Assembly: GCA_963823975.1 (NCBI GenBank)
Contig: CAWGNP010000003.1
Span: 209,289-273,288 of the forward strand
Direction: 5' to 3'
Source of the DNA: an uncultured Chitinophagaceae bacterium
GTDB taxonomy: Bacteria > Bacteroidota > Bacteroidia > Chitinophagales > Chitinophagaceae
Length of the DNA stretch: 64,000 nucleotides
Of the stretch, positions 9,088-19,099 are shown piece by piece. A program made the position numbers and the translations under genes. The notes beneath the pieces were generated by a model that saw only the letters and a program-made list of their open reading frames with translations, had not been told where the DNA came from and made no database searches. Every line of letters starts with the position of its first letter. The stretch's first letter is position 1.

Positions 9088-11544
9088 TTGTTGTTGGCCA
9101 GATTTATAAAATATACTCTTAAAGCGTTTGCAATCGTTATTGGCATTCTTGTTCTCGTTTATATTGTTGCATTTATTTATGTGTCTTCCCATAAAAAATC
9201 CATTATAAAAGAAGTGACAGAATCATTAGGGAAAAAAATAAACGGGCACGTATCCATTGGTGATGTAGAGCTAAGCTTTATCAGAACCTTCCCAAGGGTT
9301 TCCGTATTGCTACACAATGTAATGGTAACAGATTCAATGTATGCAATTCACCACCATCCTATATTTAAGGCTGACGAAGTATTTGCGCAGTTGAGCGTAA
9401 TTGAGCTTGTAAAGAAGCAGTTTCCTGTGAACGGCCTTAAAATACAAAACGGATCTGTGTATTTATTTACTGATGCAAACGGATACACTAATCAATATTT
9501 ATTAAAGCCAAGGAAAACAGGTGATGCATCTTCTTCTGAAAAAAATAATAATAGTAAAAGAGACAATCTAGAACAGCTGGAGCTGCAAAATTTTTTAGTA
9601 ATTATTGATGATCGGCAAAGAGAAAAGCTTCACGACATATTTGTTGATTATCTTAAAGTGAATCTGGATGATAAAGATGATGCAACTTACTTTTCTGCAA
9701 AGGCAAATATGCTTGTCAAAAGTCTTGCTTTTAATTTACCGAATGGAAGCTTTGCAAAAGGCAAAAAATTTGAAGGTGATTTTGATTTTAAATTCGATAA
9801 AAACCTTGAGCAGCTTCAGTTTGACAGTATCAATATTAAATTATCAGGTCAATCATTTAATTTATCGGGAAGTTTTGACCTTGTGAAACCTGATCCTAAA
9901 TTCAACCTTCGTGTACATACAAAACAAATTTTATACGGCTTTGGTAAAAGCCTGTTAACGGCAAAAATCGATTCTTCATTATCTATTGTGGATCTTGATA
10001 AAAGGTTTGATGTAGATGCTTATCTTAATGGTCCTTTAAATGGTGGTGATCCTTACATTTTTGTAAACTGGCGTGTAAAAAATGTTCATCTTGTTACTCC
10101 CTTTCTTGATTTTGACAGTGCGTCATTTACCGGCTTTTATACAGATGAGGTCGTGAAAGGCTTGCCACGGCGGGATCCTAACTCTGAAATCATTATAAAA
10201 AATTTTACAGCTAACTGGAATGCATTGCCTTTCACTTCAGCGCATATTGATATAGTAAATTTATACAAGCCGTTGCTCACCTTCGATCTTGTTTCCAATT
10301 TTCCGTTGACAAAACTTAATGAAACAGTTGGCAGTAATTCTTTCCTCTTTGAATCCGGTAATGGCGCTATTAACCTTACTTATCAAGGACCTATTCAAAA
10401 AAATACTAGCAATAATTCACTCATCAATGGAAACATGTCTTTTCAAAATGGAAACATTTTATATACCCCGAGAAATGTGGAGCTTAAAAATTTGAGTGCC
10501 AAGTTGGAAATAAAAAATTCCGATGTGCTTATTGAAAATGTGCAATGTAATGTGCTCAATAATTCTCTTTCTATGAACGGCAAAGCCAACAATATTGTAA
10601 GCCTCATCAATACGCAACCTAACACCGTAGATTTGGATTGGAGTATTTATTCGCCTTCGCTAAATCTAACAGGATTTACTTATCTATTAAAATCAAGATC
10701 AAAAACAACACATAAGTCCTCCTCAGGCGCAAAGCTGGGTAAAATTGCTGATGGTATTGATAACGTTTTGGAAGAAAGCAGTGTACATGTAAATTTGAAA
10801 ACACCGCATTTGATCTATAAAAAATTTGAAGGTAATAATGCGTCAATAACTGCAACGCTTTATAACGACCATTATGAAATAAACAATGTAAGTATGGACC
10901 AGGATGGCGGCCATATAAATCTCAACGGATCCCTGGTGAGTGTAAGAGACAACTATCATCAGGCAAAAGCAAATGTGCTGTTGACCAACATTGATGTAAA
11001 TAAATTATTTATTGTTTTTAATAATTTTGGGCAAACGGGTATAGAGGCAAAAAACCTGGAAGGCAAACTTACTGCTACTGCAAATGCCTCATTAGCTTTA
11101 GATGATGACGGAAAGGCTTTGCCTCACAGCATACAAAGCACAGTTGATTTTTCATTGAAGAATGGCGCATTGAACGATTTCGAACCTTTAAAAAAAATAC
11201 AATCGTTTGTATTCAAAAGCCGTGATTTTGATAATATCCGATTTGCGGAGCTTAAAGATCATCTTGATATAGCAAACGATGAAATAAAAATAAGCCGCAT
11301 GGAAATTGCATCTACCGTTATGACTATGTTTGTAGAAGGTGTTTATGGCTTGAAAGGCAATACAGACTTAAGTATACAAGTACCTTTTAGTAATTTCAAA
11401 AAAAGGGATAGCGGATATATACCGGTAAATGAAGGGGTTAATAAAAAAGCAGGAGCAAGTTTATTTATAAATGGAAAAACAGGCCCTGATGGCAATGTAC
11501 AATTCCGGCCTGAGATATTTCATTTATTTAAAAGAAAGCAATAA
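9088..11544 (+). CDS. AsmA-family protein
   Basis: N-terminal TM anchor, VSIGDVELSFIRTFPRVSV, beta-rich repeats, FDNIRFAELKD C-terminal region. Confidence 0.8.
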   Translation: MLLARFIKYTLKAFAIVIGILVLVYIVAFIYVSSHKKSIIKEVTESLGKKINGHVSIGDVELSFIRTFPRVSVLLHNVMVTDSMYAIHHHPIFKADEVFAQLSVIELVKKQFPVNGLKIQNGSVYLFTDANGYTNQYLLKPRKTGDASSSEKNNNSKRDNLEQLELQNFLVIIDDRQREKLHDIFVDYLKVNLDDKDDATYFSAKANMLVKSLAFNLPNGSFAKGKKFEGDFDFKFDKNLEQLQFDSINIKLSGQSFNLSGSFDLVKPDPKFNLRVHTKQILYGFGKSLLTAKIDSSLSIVDLDKRFDVDAYLNGPLNGGDPYIFVNWRVKNVHLVTPFLDFDSASFTGFYTDEVVKGLPRRDPNSEIIIKNFTANWNALPFTSAHIDIVNLYKPLLTFDLVSNFPLTKLNETVGSNSFLFESGNGAINLTYQGPIQKNTSNNSLINGNMSFQNGNILYTPRNVELKNLSAKLEIKNSDVLIENVQCNVLNNSLSMNGKANNIVSLINTQPNTVDLDWSIYSPSLNLTGFTYLLKSRSKTTHKSSSGAKLGKIADGIDNVLEESSVHVNLKTPHLIYKKFEGNNASITATLYNDHYEINNVSMDQDGGHINLNGSLVSVRDNYHQAKANVLLTNIDVNKLFIVFNNFGQTGIEAKNLEGKLTATANASLALDDDGKALPHSIQSTVDFSLKNGALNDFEPLKKIQSFVFKSRDFDNIRFAELKDHLDIANDEIKISRMEIASTVMTMFVEGVYGLKGNTDLSIQVPFSNFKKRDSGYIPVNEGVNKKAGASLFINGKTGPDGNVQFRPEIFHLFKRKQ

Positions 11545-11561
11545 ATATAGTTTGCAATCAT

Positions 11562-12194
11562 TTATATAACCTCAAAATTTTTATATACAGTTGTAATAAT
11601 AAAGTCTTTCAAAAATGTATGACTTTTTAAAACGTGATATTTATAACGAATAAAAACAGCAGGCAGATCCGGAAGCCGCTTTGCTTCTATTTTACAACAA
11701 ATTTGAAAAAAAGAATACATCACAAACAACATCATCTTTTGCCAAGGGGATTTATTTATTATTTGAAAATCGGTATGTATCCATAAGCCTCCTGGCGTTA
11801 GCTTTGAATGAAGAATGGCGAAAACGTTATCTAAACTTTTTTCATTAAAATTATCTAAAAAGAAAGGTGTTATAATTACATCATAATTAAGACTTGTTGA
11901 AAAATCAAGGAGGGATTGCTGAATAAAGTTTACCTGGTTATTTCCTTTATATCTTTTTTTTGCAAGCTTAATCATTTTACCAGAACTATCGACATAGTCA
12001 ATGTATAAACCACTTTTGTGAATGGCTGATATTTCTTCCAATATCCAGCCGGTGCCGCCGCCAGCAATAAATATATTGGCATTGTAAGGAATGTCTTTTA
12101 AAAAATAAACCTGTGCTTTTTTTAAAGAATTGCCGATAAATATTTTTACAAGAATATCGTAGATGCCTGCAACTGCATCATAATTGCGCTTCAT
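11562..12194 (-). CDS. Class I SAM-dependent methyltransferase
   Basis: IFIAGGGTGW, YVDSSGKMI, YDVIITPFFLD, LTPGGLWIHTDF. Confidence 0.85.
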   Translation of the reverse strand: MKRNYDAVAGIYDILVKIFIGNSLKKAQVYFLKDIPYNANIFIAGGGTGWILEEISAIHKSGLYIDYVDSSGKMIKLAKKRYKGNNQVNFIQQSLLDFSTSLNYDVIITPFFLDNFNEKSLDNVFAILHSKLTPGGLWIHTDFQIINKSPWQKMMLFVMYSFFQICCKIEAKRLPDLPAVFIRYKYHVLKSHTFLKDFIITTVYKNFEVI

Positions 12195-13525
12195 TATACC
12201 TTTGGCAATTGATAACCGTTATGATATTCCTTCATCATATATTGTTTGTTTATATCTTCATCAGTAAATTTTTCATTAGCAGCATCCCACGATAATTTCT
12301 TACCACTGCGATAAGCAATGTTTCCCATTTGTGCAACGGTAGCCACATGAGCGCCCGCTTGTATAGAGCAATGAAGATCTTCCATTTTACGCGACCTTAC
12401 GACACTTATAAAATTTTCCCAGTGCTTGTCAAGACCATTATCGGACGGAGCTACGAAAGGCTTACTCACTTTGTTTTTGCTTTGCTTTTCTTCTATCACT
12501 TCCCATCCACCACGATTTAAAATTAATGTACCATTGTTGCCAATATAAGCAATGCCATGATCCCGATTATAAGAACCGTTATCAATACCCATTGCAGAAT
12601 CCCACACCATGTTGAAACCATCAAATTCATATAAAGTGGTAAGAGTATCCGGGGTTTCTTCATACAAATCAGGATAGGCAAATCTTCCACCTAATGCAGA
12701 TACAGTTTTAGGCGTAGGAGAATTCATTCCAAGCAATCCATAATCCAGGAGGTGAACACCCCAATCGGTCATAAGGCCACCTGCATAATCCCAAAACCAG
12801 CGAAAGTTAAAATGGAAGCGGCTTGAGTTGAAAGGCCTTGTGGGCGCTGGCCCCAGCCACATTGCATAATCAACACCGGAAGGCGGCGCACTATCAGGCA
12901 CGACAGGTCCGGGTTTCATCCAGCCTTGATAGCACCATACTTTTACTGTTCTTATATTCCCAAGCACACCACTTTTTACATAATCTACTGCATCTCTAAA
13001 ATGCTGCTGGCTTCGTTGCCATTGACCTGCCTGCACCACTCTATTATAGTGCTGTTGCGCTTTCACCATTGCCCTGCATTCATCAATAGAATTACCAACT
13101 GGCTTTTCGCAATACACATCTTTACCTGCTTCACATGCGTGCATCATTATCAGTGCATGCCAATGATCTGGAGTGCCTACAATTACAGCATCTACATCTT
13201 TATCATCAATCAGTTTGCGGTAATCATTATATCTTTTCACTTTGGATGCATCCACATTCATTTTGGAAAGCTCACTCATTCTTCGGTTCAACACATTATT
13301 ATCAATATCGCAGGCAGCAACAAGATTTACTCCCTTCACTTTAAGTGCTGCTGTAAGGTCGCTCCAGCCCATTCCGTTCACTCCTATTACGCCAATATTT
13401 ACCTGGTCACTTGGAGAAAAATTATTTTTAAAAATCGCAAAAGCTTTATTATCAATTGCTGATACCAGTATGCTGCCGCCGAATAATGCAGCGGAGTTTT
13501 GTATAAATTTTCTGCGTGAATTCAT
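12194..13525 (-). CDS. Gfo/Idh/MocA oxidoreductase with Tat signal
   Basis: SRRKFI Tat motif, IGVIGVNGMG, GTPDHWHA, YCEKP, DWGVHLLD. Confidence 0.92.
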   Translation of the reverse strand: MNSRRKFIQNSAALFGGSILVSAIDNKAFAIFKNNFSPSDQVNIGVIGVNGMGWSDLTAALKVKGVNLVAACDIDNNVLNRRMSELSKMNVDASKVKRYNDYRKLIDDKDVDAVIVGTPDHWHALIMMHACEAGKDVYCEKPVGNSIDECRAMVKAQQHYNRVVQAGQWQRSQQHFRDAVDYVKSGVLGNIRTVKVWCYQGWMKPGPVVPDSAPPSGVDYAMWLGPAPTRPFNSSRFHFNFRWFWDYAGGLMTDWGVHLLDYGLLGMNSPTPKTVSALGGRFAYPDLYEETPDTLTTLYEFDGFNMVWDSAMGIDNGSYNRDHGIAYIGNNGTLILNRGGWEVIEEKQSKNKVSKPFVAPSDNGLDKHWENFISVVRSRKMEDLHCSIQAGAHVATVAQMGNIAYRSGKKLSWDAANEKFTDEDINKQYMMKEYHNGYQLPKV

Positions 13526-13594
13526 TGAATATAATTTAATCAAAAGGTAAATTTTAATACCTAAAAAGAAAAAGAATTTTTATTAAAATGAAAA

Positions 13595-14290
13595 TTAATC
13601 CCTGCTTCTTCCCTGGTAAATTAATATATATTGGATAAGCAACGCGATAGATGCAAGTGCCGCAATAACATAAGTAAGCGCTGCCCATTTTAAGGCATCT
13701 TTAGCTTGAGCATGTTCCTCCGGAGTGGCTACGCGAGATCGTTCCAGCCAATTAAGCGCTCTTGCCGATGCATCAAACTCAACAGGTAAAGTAATGACAG
13801 AGAACAATGTGGAGGTTGCGAATAAAATAATTCCTATTAACAATACAGTCTGATTGCCACCGCCAAAACTAAATAATCCAAGCCCTATTAAAATTACCCA
13901 TTGTGCAAGATTGCTGCTTATTTGTACAATCGGTACGAGCCTGCTGCGCATCATTAGCATCGAGTAAGCAGTGGCATGCTGGAGTGCATGACCACATTCG
14001 TGAGCAGCCACCGCAGCTGCTGATATATTTCTGCCGTTATAAACATCAGGGCTAAGGTTCACGATCCTTTTTATCGGATCATAATGATCACTTAAGAAAC
14101 CTGGAACAGATGTAACGGTAACATTATATATACCACTATCGTGAAGCATTTTTTCAGCAACCTCTTTACCACTCAAACCATTGCCGGTGGGCATTTTAGC
14201 GTACAACGCAAATTTGCTTTTAAGTCTCCATTGCACAATGAGGCCAAGTATCATGAAGAAAAGGGAAATGAATACAATTCCGAATGGCAT
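13595..14290 (-). CDS. Membrane zinc metallopeptidase (YugP / Zn_peptidase_2 family)
   Basis: LSDHYDP, AAHECGHALQH, TLPVEFDASARA, AALTYV. Confidence 0.92.
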   Translation of the reverse strand: MPFGIVFISLFFMILGLIVQWRLKSKFALYAKMPTGNGLSGKEVAEKMLHDSGIYNVTVTSVPGFLSDHYDPIKRIVNLSPDVYNGRNISAAAVAAHECGHALQHATAYSMLMMRSRLVPIVQISSNLAQWVILIGLGLFSFGGGNQTVLLIGIILFATSTLFSVITLPVEFDASARALNWLERSRVATPEEHAQAKDALKWAALTYVIAALASIALLIQYILIYQGRSRD

Positions 14291-14337
14291 TTCATTGAAT
14301 ATTTATACATTAAAACTACATATTATGCGGCTAAAAT

Positions 14338-14700
14338 TCAAGCTTGGGCCAGTAGCTGGTAAACGAATTCATTGATTGCACTTATACGCGGATAATTTAT
14401 CCTATAAAAAATATATTTCCCATCTCGTTCAGTTATTACAATATTGGTTTTTCGAAGTACGGCAAGATGCTGCGAAGCCACGGATTGCTCCAGTCGCAAT
14501 TTTACATACAATTCAGTCACGGTAAGCCTTTTGTTGTCAGCAATAATTTTTAATATTTGCTGGCGCAGCTTATGGTTAAGTGCTCTTAAAATAAGAGCTG
14601 CTTTTTTTACATTGTGATAATTAAATATGGGCGGCGGAGATTGTATTTCTTCCGTTGAAGGGTGATGAATAGCAGATGGCAAGGGTTCTGAAGCAATCAT
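14338..14700 (-). CDS. ArsR/SmtB family transcriptional regulator
   Basis: LRALNHKLRQQIL, LEQSVASQHLAVLR, ERDGKYIFY. Confidence 0.9.
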   Translation of the reverse strand: MIASEPLPSAIHHPSTEEIQSPPPIFNYHNVKKAALILRALNHKLRQQILKIIADNKRLTVTELYVKLRLEQSVASQHLAVLRKTNIVITERDGKYIFYRINYPRISAINEFVYQLLAQA

Positions 14701-14777
14701 ACTTTATGAGTTTAGCAAAGTGTTTAGCTGTTGCCCATTCTTACAAATATACAAATACAAAATATTGTATACATGAA

Positions 14778-15453
14778 TTATGCAGAATAAAAATCTTTTA
14801 TATATAAAGGGTTTGCGTAAGCAACCGGTTCAAACTGTTTTCTTATAAATTTTTTTATGGAAATAGCTTTTATCGCTTCTGCGGATATATCGGCACTTAT
14901 AAATAAAGCATTTTCGCTTTCACAAATAGATTCAAATTTTTTACTGCCACTTCCTGAGAAATATATTTTGTTATCAGCCAAAAAATTGCCAAAGGAATTC
15001 TTATTTAAAATAATTGCTGACGGAGCAACTAGTTCTTGTAATACATTATCATAAAGGCAAGTATACACTTCCATGCGTCTCGCATCGATCATTGGACAAT
15101 ATAATGCCGCAGCACCTTCAACATGATCAGCAACTATTGATGGCAGACAAAGCAAGCAACTCAAGAGAATTGTAAGTAACCAGCGGAATATCTAAAGCAA
15201 AACACAATCCCTTTGCGGCAGCAAGGCCTATACGAATGCCGGTATAAGAACCCGGGCCCACGCTTACACCAATGGCTATAAGTTGTTTTGCAGATAAGTT
15301 ACACTCTTGCAACATTTGCGCGATAGCAGTATGCAAAAAAGCTGCATGCATTTTAGATTCTGTGTTTATCCGGGTACTAATTATATTATCCTCACGTTGA
15401 AGGATAACGATAGCGGTTTCTGTTGAAGTATGTATATTTAAAATAAAACCCAC
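14778..15453 (-). CDS. tsaB: tRNA threonylcarbamoyltransferase subunit TsaB (one apparent frameshift near 15133)
   Basis: GPGSYTGIRIG in ORF 15127-15453; CPMIDARRMEVY and PLYIK in ORF 14778-15164. Confidence 0.9.
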
Positions 15454-16088
15454 TAATCAATTTGTAAGTTATTAATATATTTTTTTTTCAAAAGCGGGGC
15501 TATAGAATACCGATTATCCGTTAACGACAACTGTTCCAAAAGATTATAAATTTTTTCCAAGCCAATTATGTTCAACCACTCAAAAGGCCCATAAGGATAA
15601 TTAGTTCCCAGCTTCATTGCCATATCTATTTCAACAGCAGTACTTACTTCTTCATCAAGTGCAAAGTAAGCTTCATTTATTATCATGCTGATAACTCTCG
15701 CAGCTACCAATCCTGGTTCATCTTTCACAAAAATATATTTCCAGCCAATCGCATCAAATATAGTGGGGACCGAACTTTTATCGTTGCTTGCTATTTCCCA
15801 AATGTCTCTTTTTAGAAATCCTTTCCATCCATTAATACGATGAAAATTTGAAGGCATCTCTTGTTGCTCTAAAGTATTTACGACATCATTTATAAAAACA
15901 GGAATACGATTCAAATCTTTCTTATAATCTTCGTCAAAGCTTTCATGCAGCCAGAACAAACAATCATAATCTTTGAGTAATTGACCTGATGGCAAATTTT
16001 CAGTAAAAAAAAGTTTTACATAGGCCTTAAACCCTTTGCCCGCAATTTCTTCTTGTTGGTCTTTATTAGCAACAATGCACACCCTCAT
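15453..16088 (-). CDS. 3-hydroxyacyl-CoA dehydrogenase family protein (C-terminal domain; N-terminus degenerate)
   Basis: DEPGLVAARVISMIINEA...IDMAMKLGTNYPYGPFEW; no GxGxxG motif. Confidence 0.75.
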   Translation of the reverse strand: MRVCIVANKDQQEEIAGKGFKAYVKLFFTENLPSGQLLKDYDCLFWLHESFDEDYKKDLNRIPVFINDVVNTLEQQEMPSNFHRINGWKGFLKRDIWEIASNDKSSVPTIFDAIGWKYIFVKDEPGLVAARVISMIINEAYFALDEEVSTAVEIDMAMKLGTNYPYGPFEWLNIIGLEKIYNLLEQLSLTDNRYSIAPLLKKKYINNLQID

Positions 16089-16165
16089 AGAAGTTTCTTA
16101 CAAAAATAGGTTTGTTAATTGATGGAAAGTTTTGCAATTTTAAACATTACTCATAATCGCATAAA

Positions 16166-16546
16166 ATGAACAAGCAGATAATTTATACAACCAATGCTCC
16201 CGAGCCGATTGGTCCTTACAGCCAGGCGGTAAAGGCTTCAGGACTTTTATTTATTTCAGGACAGGTAGCAATAAAGCCGGGAACATCAGAATTTATAAAT
16301 GATGATATTAAGCAAGAAACGACGCAGGTGATGGATAATTTGCAAAGTCTTCTAAAGCAGGCAGGGCTTGGATTTGATAATGTAATAAAAGCAACTATTT
16401 TTTTGAAGGATATGAGTCTCTTTGGAAACGTCAATGAAGTGTATAGCACTTATTTTCAATCAGATTTTCCGGCAAGGGAAACAGTTGCTGTAAAAGGATT
16501 GCCGAGAGAAGCTAACGTGGAAATAAGTATGATAGCTGCTGCATAA
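16166..16546 (+). CDS. ridA: RidA family enamine/imine deaminase
   Basis: APEPIGPYSQAV, FISGQ, FPARETVAVKGLP, VEIS. Confidence 0.93.
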   Translation: MNKQIIYTTNAPEPIGPYSQAVKASGLLFISGQVAIKPGTSEFINDDIKQETTQVMDNLQSLLKQAGLGFDNVIKATIFLKDMSLFGNVNEVYSTYFQSDFPARETVAVKGLPREANVEISMIAAA

Positions 16547-16562
16547 ATTTAAATAAATTCAT

Positions 16563-17492
16563 TTGAAAAGGCAGGTAATTATTACAGCGAAAGTGCATAA
16601 TTTTTTAACAGATGCACTGCAGCAAAAAGGCTATTCAGTCGTTCACTCAGAAAAAATAAGTTATGAGGAATTGAGTGCTATTATAAGCCAGGCAGAAGGT
16701 CTTATCGTTACTACCAGGTTGGCTATCGACAAGCTACTTATCGATAAAGCTTACAAGCTTAAATGGATTGGCAGGCTGGGTAGTGGGATGGAACTCATTG
16801 ATGTGGAATATGCAAATGCTAAAGGCATTAAATGTGTGAGCAGTCCTGAGGGCAACAGGAACGCAGTGGCTGAACACGCGCTGGGCATGCTTTTGAATCT
16901 CACCAATAAAATATCATGCAGCTTTGAAGAAGTAAAACATAAGCAATGGATTCGTGAAGCTAATCGGGGAGTTGAGCTTTGTGAAAAAACTATAGGCATT
17001 ATTGGATATGGCAATACAGGCTCAGCATTTGCAAAGCTGCTCGCTCCTTTCGGTGTTACAGTTCTTGCTTATGATAAATATAATTTCGGTTTTAGTTCCG
17101 GTTACATCAAGGAAGCAAACTTTGAACAAGTATGCAGGTATGCGGATGTAATAAGCTTACATGTACCGCTTACGGATGAAACAAAACATATGGCTAATGA
17201 AAAATTTTTCAATTCACTTGAAAAAAGACCCTTTTTTATTACGACATGCAGGGGAAAGGTAACAGATACCAAAGCGCTCGTAGCAGCATTAAAAAATAAA
17301 AAAATTGCAGGTGCTGGTTTAGACGTCCTGGAAAACGAAAAATTCGAAACTTATACAAAGGAAGAGACCCAATGTTTTGATGCGTTGCTTGCACAATCTA
17401 ATGTGATCATAACACCGCATATAGCGGGTTATAGCGTAGAAGCTTTTTATAAAATGGCTAAAATTTTATTAAAAAAGCTGGATATAGAATAA
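16563..17492 (+). CDS. D-isomer-specific 2-hydroxyacid dehydrogenase (SerA-like)
   Basis: [38 protein letters not shown]. Confidence 0.9.
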   Translation: MKRQVIITAKVHNFLTDALQQKGYSVVHSEKISYEELSAIISQAEGLIVTTRLAIDKLLIDKAYKLKWIGRLGSGMELIDVEYANAKGIKCVSSPEGNRNAVAEHALGMLLNLTNKISCSFEEVKHKQWIREANRGVELCEKTIGIIGYGNTGSAFAKLLAPFGVTVLAYDKYNFGFSSGYIKEANFEQVCRYADVISLHVPLTDETKHMANEKFFNSLEKRPFFITTCRGKVTDTKALVAALKNKKIAGAGLDVLENEKFETYTKEETQCFDALLAQSNVIITPHIAGYSVEAFYKMAKILLKKLDIE

Positions 17493-17509
17493 AAATTTTT
17501 CATTACATT

Positions 17510-17560
17510 TATATTTGTAAAACAATACAACGCCTCATAATAAGGGCGTTGTATTTTTTT
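17510..17560 (+). promoter_or_regulatory. TAnnTTTG promoter immediately followed by a terminator hairpin (candidate greA attenuator)
   Basis: TATATTTG 17510-17517; stem AATACAACGCC / GGCGTTGTATT 17524-17555; T-run to 17560. Confidence 0.65.
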
Positions 17561-17598
17561 ACTGTTTACCCACTGATTTAATATAAAAACTGAGGAAC

Positions 17599-18072
17599 AT
17601 GAGCCAGATTAATTACGTAACGAAAGATACATTTGAACAAATGAAGGCAGAACTGCAGCACATGAAGGGTGTTGACAGGCCTGCTGCATCCAAAGCTATT
17701 GCTGAAGCACGTGAAAAAGGCGATCTTAAAGAAAATGCCGAATACGATGCAGCCAAGGAAGCGCAAGGCTTGCTGGAAGCTAAAATAAAACAGCTTGAAG
17801 CAATTATTGCTACTGCACGCATTGTGGATGAAACTACTATAGATACCAGTAAGGTTTCTATTCTTACAAAAGTTACACTCACCAATCTTATAACCAAAAA
17901 GCAAGTAACGTATCAAATAGTTTCAGAGAAAGAGGCTGATTTAAAGCTTCAAAAGATCTCGGCAACATCGCCCATAGGAAAGGGATTGCTTGGCAAAGCT
18001 ATTGGTGAAACTGCTGAAATAAAGGTTCCCGCAGGATTAATAAAATTTAAAGTAGAAAATATAACTGCATAG
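17599..18072 (+). CDS. greA: Transcription elongation factor GreA
   Basis: AREKGDLKENAEYDAAKEAQ; ISATSPIGKGLLGK. Confidence 0.97.
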   Translation: MSQINYVTKDTFEQMKAELQHMKGVDRPAASKAIAEAREKGDLKENAEYDAAKEAQGLLEAKIKQLEAIIATARIVDETTIDTSKVSILTKVTLTNLITKKQVTYQIVSEKEADLKLQKISATSPIGKGLLGKAIGETAEIKVPAGLIKFKVENITA

Positions 18073-18084
18073 CAAATACGTTGC

Positions 18085-18486
18085 ATGAGCATTTTTTCCA
18101 AAATAATTTCAGGTGAAATACCTTCTTATAAAATTGCCGAAGATGAGCAATTTTATTGTTTTCTTGACATCAATCCTTTAACCGAAGGTCATACACTTGT
18201 AGTTCCGAAATTGGAGACAGACAAGTTTTTCGACTTACCAGATGATTATCTTGAAGCATTCTTGCTGTTTGCAAAACCAATAGCCAAAGCCATCGAAAAA
18301 TCTTTCGATTGCAACCGCTGTGGCATAAGCGTGATAGGGCTTGAAGTGCCACATGCGCACATGCATCTTGTACCTATCAATAGTGCAGATGATTTGAATT
18401 TTACCAGAAAAAAATTAAATCCTTCACAAGAAGACTTGAAAGCAACGCAGGAAAAAATTTTAAAGAACTTGAATTTTACTATTTAA
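18085..18486 (+). CDS. HIT family nucleotide hydrolase
   Basis: IFSKII, GHTLVVPK, HAHMHLVP. Confidence 0.94.
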   Translation: MSIFSKIISGEIPSYKIAEDEQFYCFLDINPLTEGHTLVVPKLETDKFFDLPDDYLEAFLLFAKPIAKAIEKSFDCNRCGISVIGLEVPHAHMHLVPINSADDLNFTRKKLNPSQEDLKATQEKILKNLNFTI

Positions 18487-19039
18487 CTCTTTGCGGATTT
18501 TTTGCCAAAAATTCCTTCCATCCATTTATTTTTTTTGATGAAGTCTTCGCTAGTATGCTTCCCTGAAAGTGATGACAAACCGCTACAGCCAATGCATCTG
18601 TTGCATCAAGATATTGCGGATGCTCGTCAAAGGAAAGAATATGCTGAAGCATTTTTAAAACCTGCAACTTATCGGCATTTCCATTGCCAGTAATAGATTG
18701 TTTTATTTTTCGGGGTGAATATTCCGTAACCGGCACACCGGCTTGCATCGCAGCCGCAATAGCAACGCCCTGCGCACGTCCGAGTTTCAACATGCTTTGT
18801 ACATTTTTGCCAAAAAAAGGAGCTTCAATGGCAAGAGCATCTGGCGCATGATCCTTTACTAGCTCGCATACTTTTTCATGAATGATCTGTAATCTTTCAT
18901 ACGTATCTTTTCTTGAAGAAAGCTTTAAAACATCCATTGCAATTAAGCAGATTTTACCGGGCAATACTTCAATAACGCCAAAGCCCATAAGCAATGTTCC
19001 TGGATCAATACCCAAAATGATTTTTGAAGATTTCTGCAA
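18479..19039 (-). CDS. ruvC: Holliday junction resolvase RuvC
   Basis: ILGIDPG, AIEAPFF, LGRAQGV, DATDALAVAVCH; probable TTG start at 19039. Confidence 0.95.
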   Translation of the reverse strand: MQKSSKIILGIDPGTLLMGFGVIEVLPGKICLIAMDVLKLSSRKDTYERLQIIHEKVCELVKDHAPDALAIEAPFFGKNVQSMLKLGRAQGVAIAAAMQAGVPVTEYSPRKIKQSITGNGNADKLQVLKMLQHILSFDEHPQYLDATDALAVAVCHHFQGSILAKTSSKKINGWKEFLAKNPQRVK

Positions 19040-19099
19040 TTGAAGATTATTTTTGGCATTCCGGTAAACAAACACAAATGCTTACTGCTGCAAAGCTAC

